NCBI RefSeq assembly: GCF_009914755.1
Contig: NC_060931.1
Direction: 5' to 3' (one strand)
Source: the human T2T-CHM13v2.0 reference genome, Homo sapiens
DNA: 64,000 bases
The notes below the pieces were generated by a model. It was not told the origin of the DNA. It saw nothing but the letters and a program-made list of their open reading frames with translations, and made no database searches. This document shows, in pieces, positions 27,918-47,500 of this stretch. The first letter of the stretch is position 1, and every line of letters begins with the position of its first letter. The translations under genes and the position numbers were made by a program.

Positions 27918-28326
27918 ATACATGTATATATATACATACATGTGTATGTGTGTATGTATATATATACATACATGTGTATGTGTGTATGTATATATATACA
28001 TACATGTGTATGTGTGTATGTATATATACATACATGTGTATGTGTGTATGTATATATATACATACATGTGTATGTGTGTATGTATATATATACATACATG
28101 TGTATGTGTGTATGTATATATATACATACATGTGTATGTGTGTATGTATATATACATACATGTGTATGTGTGTATGTATATATATACATACATGTGTATG
28201 TGTGTATGTATATATATACATACATGTGTATGTGTGTATGTATATATATACATACATGTGTATGTGTGTATGTATATATATACATATGTGTGTGTGTATA
28301 TATATATGTGTGTGTGTGTATATATA
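27918..28326. repeat. Alternating purine-pyrimidine minisatellite, 11 copies of CATACATGTGTATGTGTGTATGTATATATATA (30-32 bp)
   Basis: Unit starts at 27935, 27967, 27999, 28029, 28061, 28093, 28125, 28155, 28187, 28219 and 28251. Confidence 0.97.
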
Positions 28327-30561
28327 ATTAATAACAAAATTGCCCGTAAAAATGTACTTCAAGTAACTCTTGGATCAGAACTCTAACTATACAGCTTTAG
28401 TATAACACATAGTACTCTAAGAACAAAATTAACTGCCAAGAGAGCTTACATTTCACTCGGGCTCAATTTTTACTCAGGTAATTAAACTAAATTTAGGTTT
28501 ACTGCTATTAAATAAAATGGTATTATAAATTGGAAACTACTATATGTATATTGTAGGTTAAAGCAAATAAGTAAATATATTAATGTTATTAGGAAACAGG
28601 ATTTTAATAAAGAAGAAATACATGTACAAAAAGATAAGATAAAACTTTGTAATAGAAATATCAGTTGGCATTTATAATTCTTATTTCCTACTATTGACAT
28701 CTACAGGATCTAGAAGCAATGACATCCAGGTAGCCATGAACATAGCCAGTGCCTGGATTTTACCATTCCCCCTAATATGAGCTAAGCTTTTTGGAGAATG
28801 ACTGAGTCTAGACCTGGGACAGAGAATGCACAGGTGAGTCTGAGACATCCTTTGTAGTGGAAACCAAGAAAGCACTCAAAAACTAATGGGAACATGTTCA
28901 AAGGACCCAGGAGTCAGATTAAAAAGAGTGCAAGGATAAATTCAGCATCAAATTTGATAAAATATGAGCATCAGAAAAGATGGACTGTTGTGGTTTGTAA
29001 TATATTGAATAAATAAAAATCCTGAGTCCCTACTGATACCATCTCTCCACCTCAAAATAAAAAATAATAAAGATAAAAAGGGAAAACATGAAGGCTCTTC
29101 TATACAGAATACTATGAGATAATAAGTGGAGAAGAAATGGTAGAATTATAAAATCACTATGTTTCAACCCTCAATGTAGTAATTGATTTAGGCAGGCTTT
29201 ATCAATGGATGCTAAAACCATTAGAAGTGGGAGATATTCTTCCATGCCAAAGTATCATGTGACTGCTTTCTTACTAACTGCAAATGGTGAAATTTATCAT
29301 TACAATGGAGAGATCTTGTGGCCACCATCTTAATCAAATGATGAAAGTTAGCATTATGAATAGTGCAACAACCTGAGGTGATGGAGCTCCTGATGTAACT
29401 CACTATATACATAAGCAACATCAGCATGAGGAATTCTTACCCACAATGTTTAACCAAACCTAATCAAGCTTCTAGACATAATTTCTAATTTACCAGAAAT
29501 ATATAGATACAAGAACAAATAACACCACAAGAAAACAATGAGACAAATCTAGAAGTTGGAACATTTTACAAAATAACTGGCCTGGACTCATCAAAAAATG
29601 ACAATGTCATGACAAAAAAAGGTATAGAGACTTAGATACAAAGAAAGAGAGTTGACTACATGCCAGCTGCTATGTCAAACTCTTCATTCATTTTATAGAA
29701 TCTTCACTACAACCAGGATGCCAAGGCAAGGAGAGTTTAAACAACTTGCCTAAAGTCACATAGCAGGTAAGTAGTAGAGGTGCTCAATCTGCTGAGTCTG
29801 TCACTCTGACCAAACTGCCTATCCATAGTTTGGTGATGGCATTTATTTAACTGATTTTATGCAATACCTAGGAGTAACCACAATAGGCAGATAAATGTTT
29901 AGGTAATGTTCTCTGATAACAACAAAAAGTCAGTGAAGTTTTCTACTTATTGTATCTGCTGAAAGGTTAGCATTGAGTATCAGGGTTTATTTACCAAAGA
30001 TGTCAGTGAGCAAGTAGTAGGAAAACATGAGCAGTTGAGTAAAGCAACAAGTGAAAATGGTCAAATTGGTAAAAGTGGTTCATTTCAAATGTGTTATGTT
30101 AGAAAGTCAAAAGTGCCAAAATGTCCCTAATGGACTCCACCAATTTGAAAGATGTTTTAGTAACATCTGCAGATCACCATTTATTTCAAGCTTTATTTCT
30201 TTTCAAGTAGTTCATGCTACAGCAATCAAAATACCCTTATTAATTCCAGGTTAGTTTACCACTCATTGGCATTATTTTTCTTTGTATTATTTAATATTTC
30301 CTAATTAAAAATACTAACAGACACTTTTTAGGTAGCTTTTCATATTTAGTCCATTGTATCATTTAATATGGTACTATAGTTTCAGCTAGATCCTCCTCTA
30401 TGTCTACCAGGTAAAACAAACAAATAAAATCAAAAGAAGAAAAAAAGAAAAAAGAAAATGAGACTTTATATCCAAGTAAAATATATCAACTTTGATTAGA
30501 CCCTGATTAAAAACACAGCAATAACAAATGACATTCTTGGATAACTGAATAAATTGTTAGA

Positions 30562-30898
30562 TAGTCACACACCACATAATGACATTTCAGTCAACAATGG
30601 ACTGCTTATATGATGGTGGTCCCGTAAGATTACATTACCATAGTTTTACTGTGCCTTTTCTATGTTTAGATACACAAATGCTTACCATTACGTAACAGTT
30701 GCCTACAGTATTCAGTATGATAAGATCTGTACAGGTTTGTAGCCTAGAAGCAATAGGCTATACTGTACACCCTAGACGTGTAGTGGGCTATACCATCTAG
30801 GTTTCTGTAAGAATACTCTATAATGTTTACACAGCAATGTAATCCCTTAGTGACATATTTCTCAGAACATATCCTCGTCATTGAACAGTGCATGACAG
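30562..30898 (+). mobile_element. Tigger3a MITE
   Basis: tagtcacacaccacataatgacatttcagtcaacaatgg ... gcatgacag followed by TA. Confidence 0.85.
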
Positions 30899-31297
30899 TA
30901 TACTGAATATTACATAATATTGGAGAACTATTAGTTTTCTTAAATGTGATAATATAGCTAAGTGGGCAAATGCCCTACTTTGGGGGAGTTGCATGAAGGA
31001 GTATCTAGGAGTGAGATATTTTAATGTCTGTAACTTACTTTCAAATAGTTCAGCAAAAATGATCACAACAATAACACACACACAGGGTGGGTAGAAAGCA
31101 AATGATCAAAAAGAAACAAGTTTTGAATCTGGTTGTAGGGCATTGTACTATTGCACTATTCTTTCAAATTATCTCTATGGCTGGATTTTTACAATTACAA
31201 TACATGAAGAAAAATCGAAGAAGTTAGGATTACTCTGTGGCATTAAGTTTATATAAAGGTCAAGGTAAGTAAGATCCAAGAAAATCTTTACCAAGAA

Positions 31298-31317
31298 GGT
31301 GGTGGTGGTGGTGGTGG
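31298..31317. repeat. (GGT)n short trinucleotide repeat
   Basis: ggtggtggtggtggtggtgg. Confidence 0.9.
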
Positions 31318-32699
31318 CACCTGGAGACAATTGAAAATATGCCAACACTTACATGGTGAGGGTAGAAGTCAGAGCAGAGGAGGTCTGGAAAAGGACAAGG
31401 CAGCCTGGGAAGCTCACTCGCTTCAGAGAATAGGCAGTAGAAAGAAAAAAATGGGTTGAGTAGCTAGATCAAGTACTAGGTAACTGATTTTTAGTAGAAA
31501 AGACAGTATCACAGCAATATTAAAGGACCTTTGAAAGAGATGATAATAAATCATCCATTATTCCACCACTCTCCCTTGTGTTAACTGTATGTGTCACATT
31601 CTACATTCAAATTTTACTAATATTGTCATCATGCTATTTTATAATCTACTTGAACTATACATTATGTCAAGTAGTTTCCATATTTTTTTAAAAAGTCTCC
31701 AAAAAAGCTTCATATTTTATTATGCTTTTATACTATGATTTATTAAGCCATTACTGTATACTGGTGATACAATGTATATAATAATGTATATCTTACCTCT
31801 GATAGATTACATCTTTGATATTCACAAGAATGAAATAATTTGTGCAGTGTGTGTGAGTAGTTTTGTGTTTGGCCCTTTGGGTTTTGAGAATCTAATCTTA
31901 CTGCTTGAATGTACAGCCATAATGACAGAAGGGGCCAGTAATTCTTCATCCAGTAGAGGAAGGACACCAGAACAAGGCCTGATCCAGGCAGAGCTCATGA
32001 TCTTGGATGGGGATCTGGGAAGAGGCTGGGTGTAAAAGCTGAAAAAGCAGAGCTCTAAGCACCTAAGATGAGGCCTGCTTAGTTGAACTTGGCATTTGGG
32101 GAGTGTGGGAGTCCTCTCTTCATTCAGGCATCTGGACTAGAGAGCATATCACTGTGTAGGATTCAGTGTAGGATTTCCAATCCTACCTGCAATTTTAAAT
32201 ATGCATCACTTAGCAGCGAAAAGTAGAAGTGGACTTTTGTCCTGGGTGTGAAGACCAAAGTGATTTCTTATAGATCTAAAGTCACCTGGGAGTTCTGACA
32301 CAGTATGAAGAAAACTCTGAAAGAGAGACATCCAATGTTGTGCTATAGGTGGTGGAGGCTTGAAAAATTAATTGGAAATAGATGTGAACCCATTTGCATG
32401 GACTTCAATAATGAAAATCACGAGCATCAGATGGTAGCTTCTGCCTGATGCTTCACAGACTCTGTACAAGCTGCGTAATGGGAGATAAAGGTGAAGTTGT
32501 CCAGGGAGTAAATATTAGGGTAGACTCAAACTTGTAAGTTATCTCAGGAAGCGAGCATTCTCAGCATGTGGAATAGAAGGCCTGGCACTTACTACAGAGT
32601 GCTCCCACTACCACTTAAAGAAGGTGAAAACAGCTCCAGACAACTTCTGTCTGTACCCACATGCATGGGAAAGAAGCCAAGGAATGTGCTTTGTAGCCT

Positions 32700-38337
<5,638 letters not shown>

Positions 38338-39314
38338 ACTGATAAAACGGTCAGGAGGTCTCATTCACCTGTAATAGTAATTGGAGAAGCAACATATAAA
38401 AAAGAAAGTAATAAAGCAATAGTCAAAAAATAGTAGAAGAAAATGTCCTAAGATGTAGTTTCCATCTTTAGATAAAAGCTCTCTGAAGCTTCCATCTTTA
38501 GATTAAAAAGACACTGAGAACTTGGCAAAATGATGAGAAATGCACTAGCCAAACTTAATCAAAAACCTGTTTGTGAGGGAGCCTAAGAAATGTAGTTTGC
38601 AAGGTTGCCTCCACAGATAACCAGTAGAGTAGAGGAAGAGTACGAAACGGATCTCAGAACAAATGGGAAAACAGGCACAATGATTATGTAAGATTCACTT
38701 CATAAGTAAAAGTATAATTCAGTATTTAAGGATTGGTTACTTTAATTCATCATACAACTGAATCAAAGAATAAAAACTGTAAAAAAGATACTAAAATGAC
38801 ACTTGAAGCAATAAAAGGATAAAATAACTATATTTGAATTAAATCCTAGAGACTCTTCTACTATAGATAAAATATAGTTCTTTATGATTGACTTATTCAA
38901 TAATGCTCTGGATATTTTGGCCAATGCAATAAGATCTTTGCTCCTACCAAAAAGCAAAACAAGAAAGCAAATTAAAAAATTAAGAGGTATAAATATTATA
39001 AAAGAGGAGGCAAAGTTACTATTATTTTCATATGCTGTCATTTTATACCATAAAACATACAAATAACCAACTAAATAACTATTAGAGTGGATAAATGAAT
39101 TCAGTAAGTTGTTTAATTAAAAAGCAGTATACATCAATATATTAGCAATAACTAAGCAAAATTCAATTGATCACCCTTAAATATATTCTATATTAGTGAA
39201 TTTATTTATAAGAAATATAATGCAAAAAATACTAGAAGATCTTCCTGAAATACCCAACAAGAAAACATGAATAACATTGGAGAAACAAGATGCATTGGAT
39301 TGAAAGTCTCTATG

Positions 39315-39753
39315 TGTTATGGCCTGAATGTTTGTATCCTCCCAAAATTTCTATGTAGCAAGCTCTAACCCCCAATATGGCTCTATTTGGGGGATAATAG
39401 AGCCATATTGGGGGTTAGAGCTTTCAAAATTACTCTGGGTGGGAGTAATTAAGGTTAAATGAAGTTCCAATAGAATTAGTGTCCTCATAAAACGAGACAC
39501 CAGAGAGCTCACTTACTCTTTTCCATGTACACACAAGGAAGAATGGCCATGTGAGAACACGGTGAGAAAGTGGCCAATTACAAGCCAATAAGACAGCCCT
39601 CACCACAAACTGAATTTGCTGGCAAAAACTGAATTGTAGCTGTACCTTATCATGGATTTCCAGCTCCAAAACTGTGAGAAAATAAATGTCTGTTGTTTAA
39701 GCCACCTAGTAGTCTGTGATACATTGTTATAGTACCCTAACCTGACTAAAACA
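39315..39753 (+). mobile_element. MLT1A-like MaLR solo LTR carrying a perfect palindrome
   Basis: tgttatggcctgaatgtttgt start; aataaatgtctgttgtttaagccacc...gactaaaaca end. Confidence 0.85.
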
Positions 39754-41649
39754 CCATCATAAAGATTTTGGTTGTTCTCCAATTAGCCTATAAATTAAAA
39801 TCATTTCAATTAAAATGTCAATGAATTCTGTTTTCATTTAAGTGTCTCCTACAAACCCCATTCATGATTAATTAGAGAAAATATTTTTTCTTATATAAAT
39901 CTGGACCGAGAAAACATGCTATCCTAATATGGACTAACACATGTTGATCACATAGTTACATTAGAAGAAAGGCTGGCACATAGTAAGGACTCGTAAAATG
40001 TCAGTTATTATCATTTTATCATTGTCATCATCCTCATTACTATTTCTCACTTTTGGTAAGTATTTAAAATATTTTAAGCTATACTGAGATAAAGTGGGAA
40101 AATTTTGACTTAAAAAAAGTCAAAGATGTGCCCTGTGACAGAGCAATTTCATCTTTAGGAAACTATCAATAACGTGCAATTAGACTAATGGACAAAGACG
40201 TTTACTGTAGCTTTGTTTATAATGGCATGAAATGGAAACATTCCAAATATTGAATAAGGAAGCAATTTTGAATGTATTAGGGCATATCCATAAAATGGAA
40301 ACCATTTCAGCAGCAGGGTCATTGTCAGTCACAGTCCTGTCAGGGAATTGGTTATGCAAGTGACAGAAGAACCAAGAAGCCAAACAGGGGATGAGGAGAC
40401 AATGCAGAGATTAGAACAGTGGGAAGCTGCCAATACCCCTGAGCTGGGACTGATGACAGGAAGGAGTAGTGTTACTGAACCTAGAAGTGCAGGCCCTTCT
40501 GTGGGAGCTGGGGTCCCATTAGGTACCTAAGTAATGTCTCACTGGAACCTGGGGCCAAAGAGAAAAGAGGTGTCCTTCTCTCTGGAGTCAACTAAGAGGC
40601 TCAGTTGTTGTCAAAAGTAACACTCAAAGCAAAGAGGAAGGCGAGGAAATATGCTGCCTTATCCTTTCCAATCTTCCACCAGCTTCTCCCATTGGTGAAC
40701 CTGCCTGGAAATTAGAGGCAAGCGAGTCTGGAAAACATAGTTCCCTGTGATTCACAACAGGGCAGGAAAGTGTGGGGGATGAACTTGAGAGAAAACAAGC
40801 ACTAAGTTGGCAGAGCTAGTGGGTGATACTTACAGATGAGGTGAACATATTCATGATATACTTGCAGGAAAGAAACAGGCTATGCCTGTTTATATTACCT
40901 AAATAGGCATATACATAAATATATAAGCACATAAAAATGTCTAGAGAATATAAACCAAGATATTAATGTTAATGTTATCTGGATGGTAGTATTTTTGACT
41001 TATCTGAATCTCCTGATTATTCTAAAATAAATATATATCACTAGTGACTTAAAGTAATGAAAAATAATTCTGTTTCTGTGTTTAAGGAAAGAGCAATTTG
41101 ATTGCCGGCTCCTTGAATACTGGATATGAAGATGAGCTACCTTTATAATTTTTAGAGCCTTTATTTTAGAGGAGAAAGCTTAAATGTGTCTATCAACATG
41201 AAATACACAACTGAATCTATTGATGGTGCCCATCAGACAAAATGTGCAATATAATTTGACTTCTGCTTACCCTTTTCTACTCTCATGTACAATTGAAATA
41301 GAAGGCATTTTACATCTGAATCCTTTTTATCTCTTTCAATAATTTATTTTGAATCATCTCCTTTAAGAATTCCCTTCACATTTGCTTATTTTAAAATAAT
41401 GTTAACTTCTATAATTCAGACAGTTCTATCTTATGGTTTTCATTGTCCAATATCATTTGTTTTATAACAGGCATTCTGTATCCATTTATTTTTAATTTTG
41501 TCTCTTTCCCTCTCGACACACTATCCATGGTATTTGAGTCGTATCAGAGGGTGGGACCTCATTTGGAAGGAAAATTCTGATGCCAACTTGAAATGATAAC
41601 AAAAGAAACACATACTTCTCTATCAATCAGCCAGTTCTCCTTTCCTCGG

Positions 41650-42330
41650 CTGGCCTTGGTCAGTATCCAGTCAGAAGACAGTGACCATGCCAGTTATTTT
41701 TACAGAGAGAATTTAATTCAAAGAATAGTTAATCAGGTATTGGAGAACTGAAAGTGCAAACATGAGACGCTGAGGTAGTATAGAGGTTGTAACTGCAGGA
41801 AGATGTAACTACCCCCTCGAGTTGGAAGGGCAAAGAGAAGGGACTGCAATTATTAAAACTTAGATGCTTACAGAAGGGGTCCCAAGGAATTGGGGTGGAG
41901 ACCTCCTGGAAGGCATTCGCTGCCTAATTGGTGCCGGGGTGATTCTTCAGGGGCCTGTGGGAGCCTTCTGAGGAGCTGGCCCTCAGACCTCAGAGCAGCA
42001 GCCCCCTGCAGCCCCATGCCAGTGCCACCATCCCTGAGAGGATACCACGAAGCAAGCTCTCAAGGCAAAATGGAGAACCACTGCTCCTAGAATTTACTGC
42101 CACTGCCAGGGTGAACAACTACTGCTGTGGTGTTGCTAAGGTGACCAGGAAAAGACACGAAGCAGCAAGTCCTCTCTCCCTCTTTCATGCATCCTCCCTC
42201 TGGAATTCCCTAATGGCAGAGCCTAAGGAGGAGTCCTCTCACAAAGCTGGAATGGGGTTCACAGAATGCTTAGCCCTGCCTTCAAATGTTAGGTATGTAA
42301 GGGTGGTCTGAAGCTGAGAAATGTTAGCAA
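41650..42330. mobile_element. Ancient LTR-like element (family uncertain)
   Basis: gtcagtatccagtcagaagacag...agagagaatttaat...; resembles the similar segment at ~40320-40810. Confidence 0.35.
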
Positions 42331-42839
42331 AAGTCCCTGACACACAGCTCCTGTCAAGAGTGTCTGGAAATAATAGAACTCTGTGACTATTTCCAAGACT
42401 AGGAGGAAAATTGGAGACCAAATAAGGGTAGAATAGGCTTGGAATAAAAACCACGGGAGTTGTTTACTGTAATTAGTAATATAGTAACATAGGTCACTGT
42501 GCCCCAATTCAGCCAGTGCTCAAGGGAAACAAGCTTTGTCCATTCTGATGCTGAAAAATTCTCAAACCTTATTTATTCAGCTGTCTGACTACCCAGCTGA
42601 CCATGCAGCTTAGGTAGTTTTTTTCCCTCATTTTCTATTGTCATTTCCCATTGAACCAGATAACAAGTTTGGATTCTTGAATTTTGACCCTGAAAGCTCT
42701 CGCTCAGGTACAAAGTATGTATATTCACCCTCTGGCCTTTTAAATTATATACCTCTCCAACAATAAAGTGGCCCATAGTATTCTATCTTTGTATCACGTT
42801 TTCCCACAAGACCGGTGCTGGTCTTAGAGAGGCCTATCC

Positions 42840-43480
42840 ATCCATCTATTTACCCATTCATCAATTCATTCAACAAGTGGTTATTTATAACCCTCTGTGT
42901 TTGGCATTGTTCTAGACACTGGTGACACAACAGAGAGCAAAACCAGTCTCTGCTGTGATGGAGCCCACATTCTAGTGGGAGGAGAAGGGGAGAGGCAAGA
43001 GAGAGGCAGACAATACACGAATAAATACACCATAGGAGGTCATGGAATAAAGGGCCCTATAGAGAATAACACAGCATATGAGAAGGCAGAGAGTGACAGA
43101 GATGGAGGAGTACAGAGTGATCAGGAAAGACTCTGAAAAAATGACAGTTGAGCAGAGATCACAATAAGAATCTTAGGAACATCTATGAAAACAGCAATTG
43201 CAGGTCAAGGGAAGAGCAAGTGCAAAGGGGTGAAGCAAAAGCTGTGTGGCATGTTGAGGAGAAAAGCAAAGGGCCAGTGACACTGGCAGGACGCTGGTCT
43301 GGGGTCAGAAGGGGGCTGAGATCAGAGAGGGAGAAGGTCAATGGGGCCATGTGAGTCATGTGAAAAACTTTGCAATGTCTCTAAGTGAAATGAGAAGCTA
43401 CCCGGAAGGGATGAATAGGATACAGAACACAGTCGATTTAAACTTAAAAAAGAATTATCCTGGCTACTGTGTGGGTAAGT
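42840..43480 (-). mobile_element. L2 LINE 3' portion
   Basis: cattcatcaattcattcaacaa tail, ggcattgttctagacactgg, gatggagcccacattctagtggg. Confidence 0.8.
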
Positions 43481-44665
43481 CACAGACTCTACAAATCAAT
43501 CAATCAGAAGAGATACAGTTGTTGTTTGTACCACTAAGAAATTGAAAAACACTGCTAATTAAATCACACATAAAGTTCCTTATGACTCAGGAAATTTTTA
43601 CACCCATTTAAAGAGCTGTTTTAAAATTTATTTAGACTTAGGTTTTCAATCATGTATCACTTTTGTGCATATGTAGAAGGAAAATATACATGAAACTAAC
43701 TGGTTAAAGAATTCTTAAGTATTTTTCATATTCAGAGTCCAGCTCTTCTGAAACACTCTTTCAATTCAAAGTCATCAAGGAAACCAAGATATTCATTCAT
43801 CGTTTCATTCATTCATTCAACAAATACAATCAAGGGCCTACTATGTAGCAAGCACTGTTCTCAGTGCTGGGATGCAGTTGAAAATATGACAGATGCAATC
43901 ACCAACCTCATCAAGCTTACAGACCAATAGACAAAATGCAAGAAAAGAGAAGGGCAATAATCACAAGGAAGAAGGCAACATCTCTGCAAATTCTCCATCC
44001 TCCTAGAGCACTGTTCATAACAGGATCTTTAATGTCAGACAATTGGGTTTGAATCCTGACTCTCCATTTACTATTTATGTGTCCTTGAACAAATTATTTA
44101 ATCTCCCTGGTCATCAATTTTCTTCTAATATCTACCTCATAGCATTGGTATTAGGATAAAATAAAATAATGTATGTAAAACCCTTAATAGAGTTTTGGCT
44201 CTCATATGGAATCCACAGTTGCTACATGAGCATATTTTTTTGCATTTAAATATGTTTTATATGGTTCTCAAATTGATTCCTATGCTCATGATACCTTAGA
44301 TTCTCTGAGCACAACCATAGTGCCTTATTCCTTTCTTCTGTAACCCTTGAGGGATCTTCTAAATGTGTTACACATATGCAAAGTTGTAATAATATGACTA
44401 CTTTGTTTCCTCATAATTATTCATTGAGTTGACATCTTGTTTCCCTTCCCCTAATTCATAAGATCTCAGAAAAAAAGCATATCTTTCTAACAACTGTGTA
44501 AAAGAATTGTTCTTATTTACCATTCTTTCTCTTTGCAGAGATAAAAATTGAAGAACTGAAAGGAGATTGAAATACAGGCTCAAAGACACTGAAGGGCATT
44601 ATTGCAAGCATCTAATAAATTATTGCAAACATGTAAGGAATAATTGCAAAAATCTAAGCTGATTA

Positions 44666-45352
<687 letters not shown>

Positions 45353-46959
45353 AGCCCACATCGTTTATTTGGTTGTCCCGTGAGACATTATAATGAATGG
45401 TTCTTGGTCAGTCTGAGGTATTCCATGTCAAGGGCCCCTTAGCCCTGAAGCCAGAGAGGCTGGTGATTCTATTATCGCAATCTTTGTACTAACAGAATTT
45501 AAAGTATCTGTGGACTGGTCATCTTTCTGGTAGTATATTTAAAGGTTTGATTAAGCACTTTTTCTATTTCGAAAAGCCTAACATAGATGAAGAAAATACA
45601 ACTAAAATTGTTCCTATTTTTTAAATCATGAATGATATAAATTGTTTCTTTGTTAATGTTTTCTTGGCCATAAGCTTCTTCAAAGAAAAGTGGATAATCT
45701 ATCTCCAAAATGTCATCCCATTCTCTTTCTCTTCTAAATTCTACACCTGACTGAAGACCTCATTTGCCATCCGGCTCATTTGTGAGACTCCAAAAAAAAA
45801 CCTGGAGCTACAAACTGGAAAAAATACATCTTTCTATATGTATCCTCTATTAATGTCAGCATAGTGAATGTATGACCAGCAATATGTCCATGTATGTGAA
45901 GGGGCCATTCTGCTACCTACCAACCCTCTCTGTTCCAGAGTTCATAGATTGCTAGAGATCAGAGCACACAACTCCAACATAAACAGGACTCTATGGTTTC
46001 AACATGTTATAAGAGCTTAAGGTGCCTTTGAACTCTGAAATATTTTAAAATAGATGCTAAATATATATGTACTATTTGACTTATTCTCTTCTAAAATATA
46101 TTAAAATTATAATGAGAAACTTGAGGTGATATGAATCTAGAAAATGATCATAAATTGTTAATGATTAAAGTCCCATTACGAGCAAATCACTGAAAAACAA
46201 TGAAGAGATTAATATATTCTTATCCAGGCAACATATGGTCTTTAAAGTGAATATATAAAAATGTTCTGTGTTTATACATTTCTAATTTTTCAAAATATTC
46301 CAAGCAGCTCAAATTAATTCTTGGCATGTGTTGCCATTTAAGACATATTCCATCTTTTGAGTTACAAAATAAAATTAATTTTTTTCACTTGAGGTTTTAA
46401 TTCATGTGGATAATCAAGTGTCAACTGTGTAGAGAAAACCCATTTCATCCAAATTATGGGTAAATGGTATTCTAAGATAATGTTGTGTGTTTCTTTCAAA
46501 AGTCCTGCCTGTCCTACTTTCCACCCAATTCCTTTCATGTCCTGATCTATGCTATACATTGATTCTTCCATTTTTAACTTTCCAAGGAATACTGTGAAGC
46601 CAAGGCTAGAAATGCCTGGTACAAGTTCACACGAGGTTCCCAATTTTCTCTGAAATTTTCCAATCTACTACATATATTTATTGACAATGATAAAGATGAT
46701 ATCTTTTATTTACTTAAATGTCATTCAATTGTCTTGCACTACCATGCTTTCACAGTACTTTCACACTGATTACCTTATTTAATTTTCACATCGACTCTGG
46801 AACAGGCAGGGCAATAATACTACATTCATTTTTATAAATTACATAGTTGTTAAGGATTGCTACTCAAAATACAACCCAGACCTGCTAACCCGCAGCACCC
46901 AGTGTTTTCCATGATGTCCTAGGTGGAAATAATTTGAGTTTTCATATTGTATGTACCTC

Positions 46960-47500
46960 AGTTGGAATTCTATTTCCACTCTTTACTAGCTAGGTGAATG
47001 TGACTTTAAGTAAACTTCTTAATACCCTTTTTGTGCCTCAGTTTCCTCATCAGCAAGGTAGAAATAATAAATACATGTATAAAATACCTGGCACAGTTCT
47101 CCACGTACCATAAGTTTTTAACAAATAGTTGTTGTGAGAATACTACTGAGTACATAGACAATACTCCATAAATTCAAGTTTCTTCTTCTCCAGGCAGATG
47201 ACATCATGGCTCACTGAAAATGAGATTGTCACTAAATGAAACATTTTGGGAGTAAAAAATATTTACAAATTGAGTTGAACAATTACCAATAATAAGTTAA
47301 CATTTATTGAGCACCTATTATCTGCCACACTCTGTCAATTCTGAAGTGCTTTATCTGTAAAGCTGGGTGCTATTCTTATCTCCAGCTTGTACATTAAGAA
47401 ACCGAGGCACAAATGGTTAAGTAACGACCTAAAATCACACAACAAAGAGTCACAGAACTGAGATCATAATCAGTAAATCTGTTTCCAGAGTCCCCCAACT
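46960..47500. mobile_element. Convergent MIR pair (plus ~46960-47135, minus ~47290-47500)
   Basis: gtgcctcagtttcctcatc and aagaaaccgaggcacaaatggttaagtaac cores. Confidence 0.7.

Larger units (their letters stand above)
27300..31220 (+). mobile_element. Fragmented old L1 3' region (L1MC-like), interrupted by a minisatellite, a MIR and Tigger3a
   Basis: tttgactcagcaatctcacttctaggaatttaccc; L1MC-type 3'UTR motifs at 28700-29600 and 30900-31200. Confidence 0.6.

Noticed and set aside
27935-28282. Regular ~32-bp periodicity resembling a CRISPR array
   Set aside because: No unique spacers, low complexity, eukaryotic context and no cas genes.
27827-28386. Six ORFs of 123-166 aa rich in Y/I/H/T/C/V/M
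   Set aside because: All six frames are open only because the alternating RY repeat cannot contain stop codons; translation artefact.
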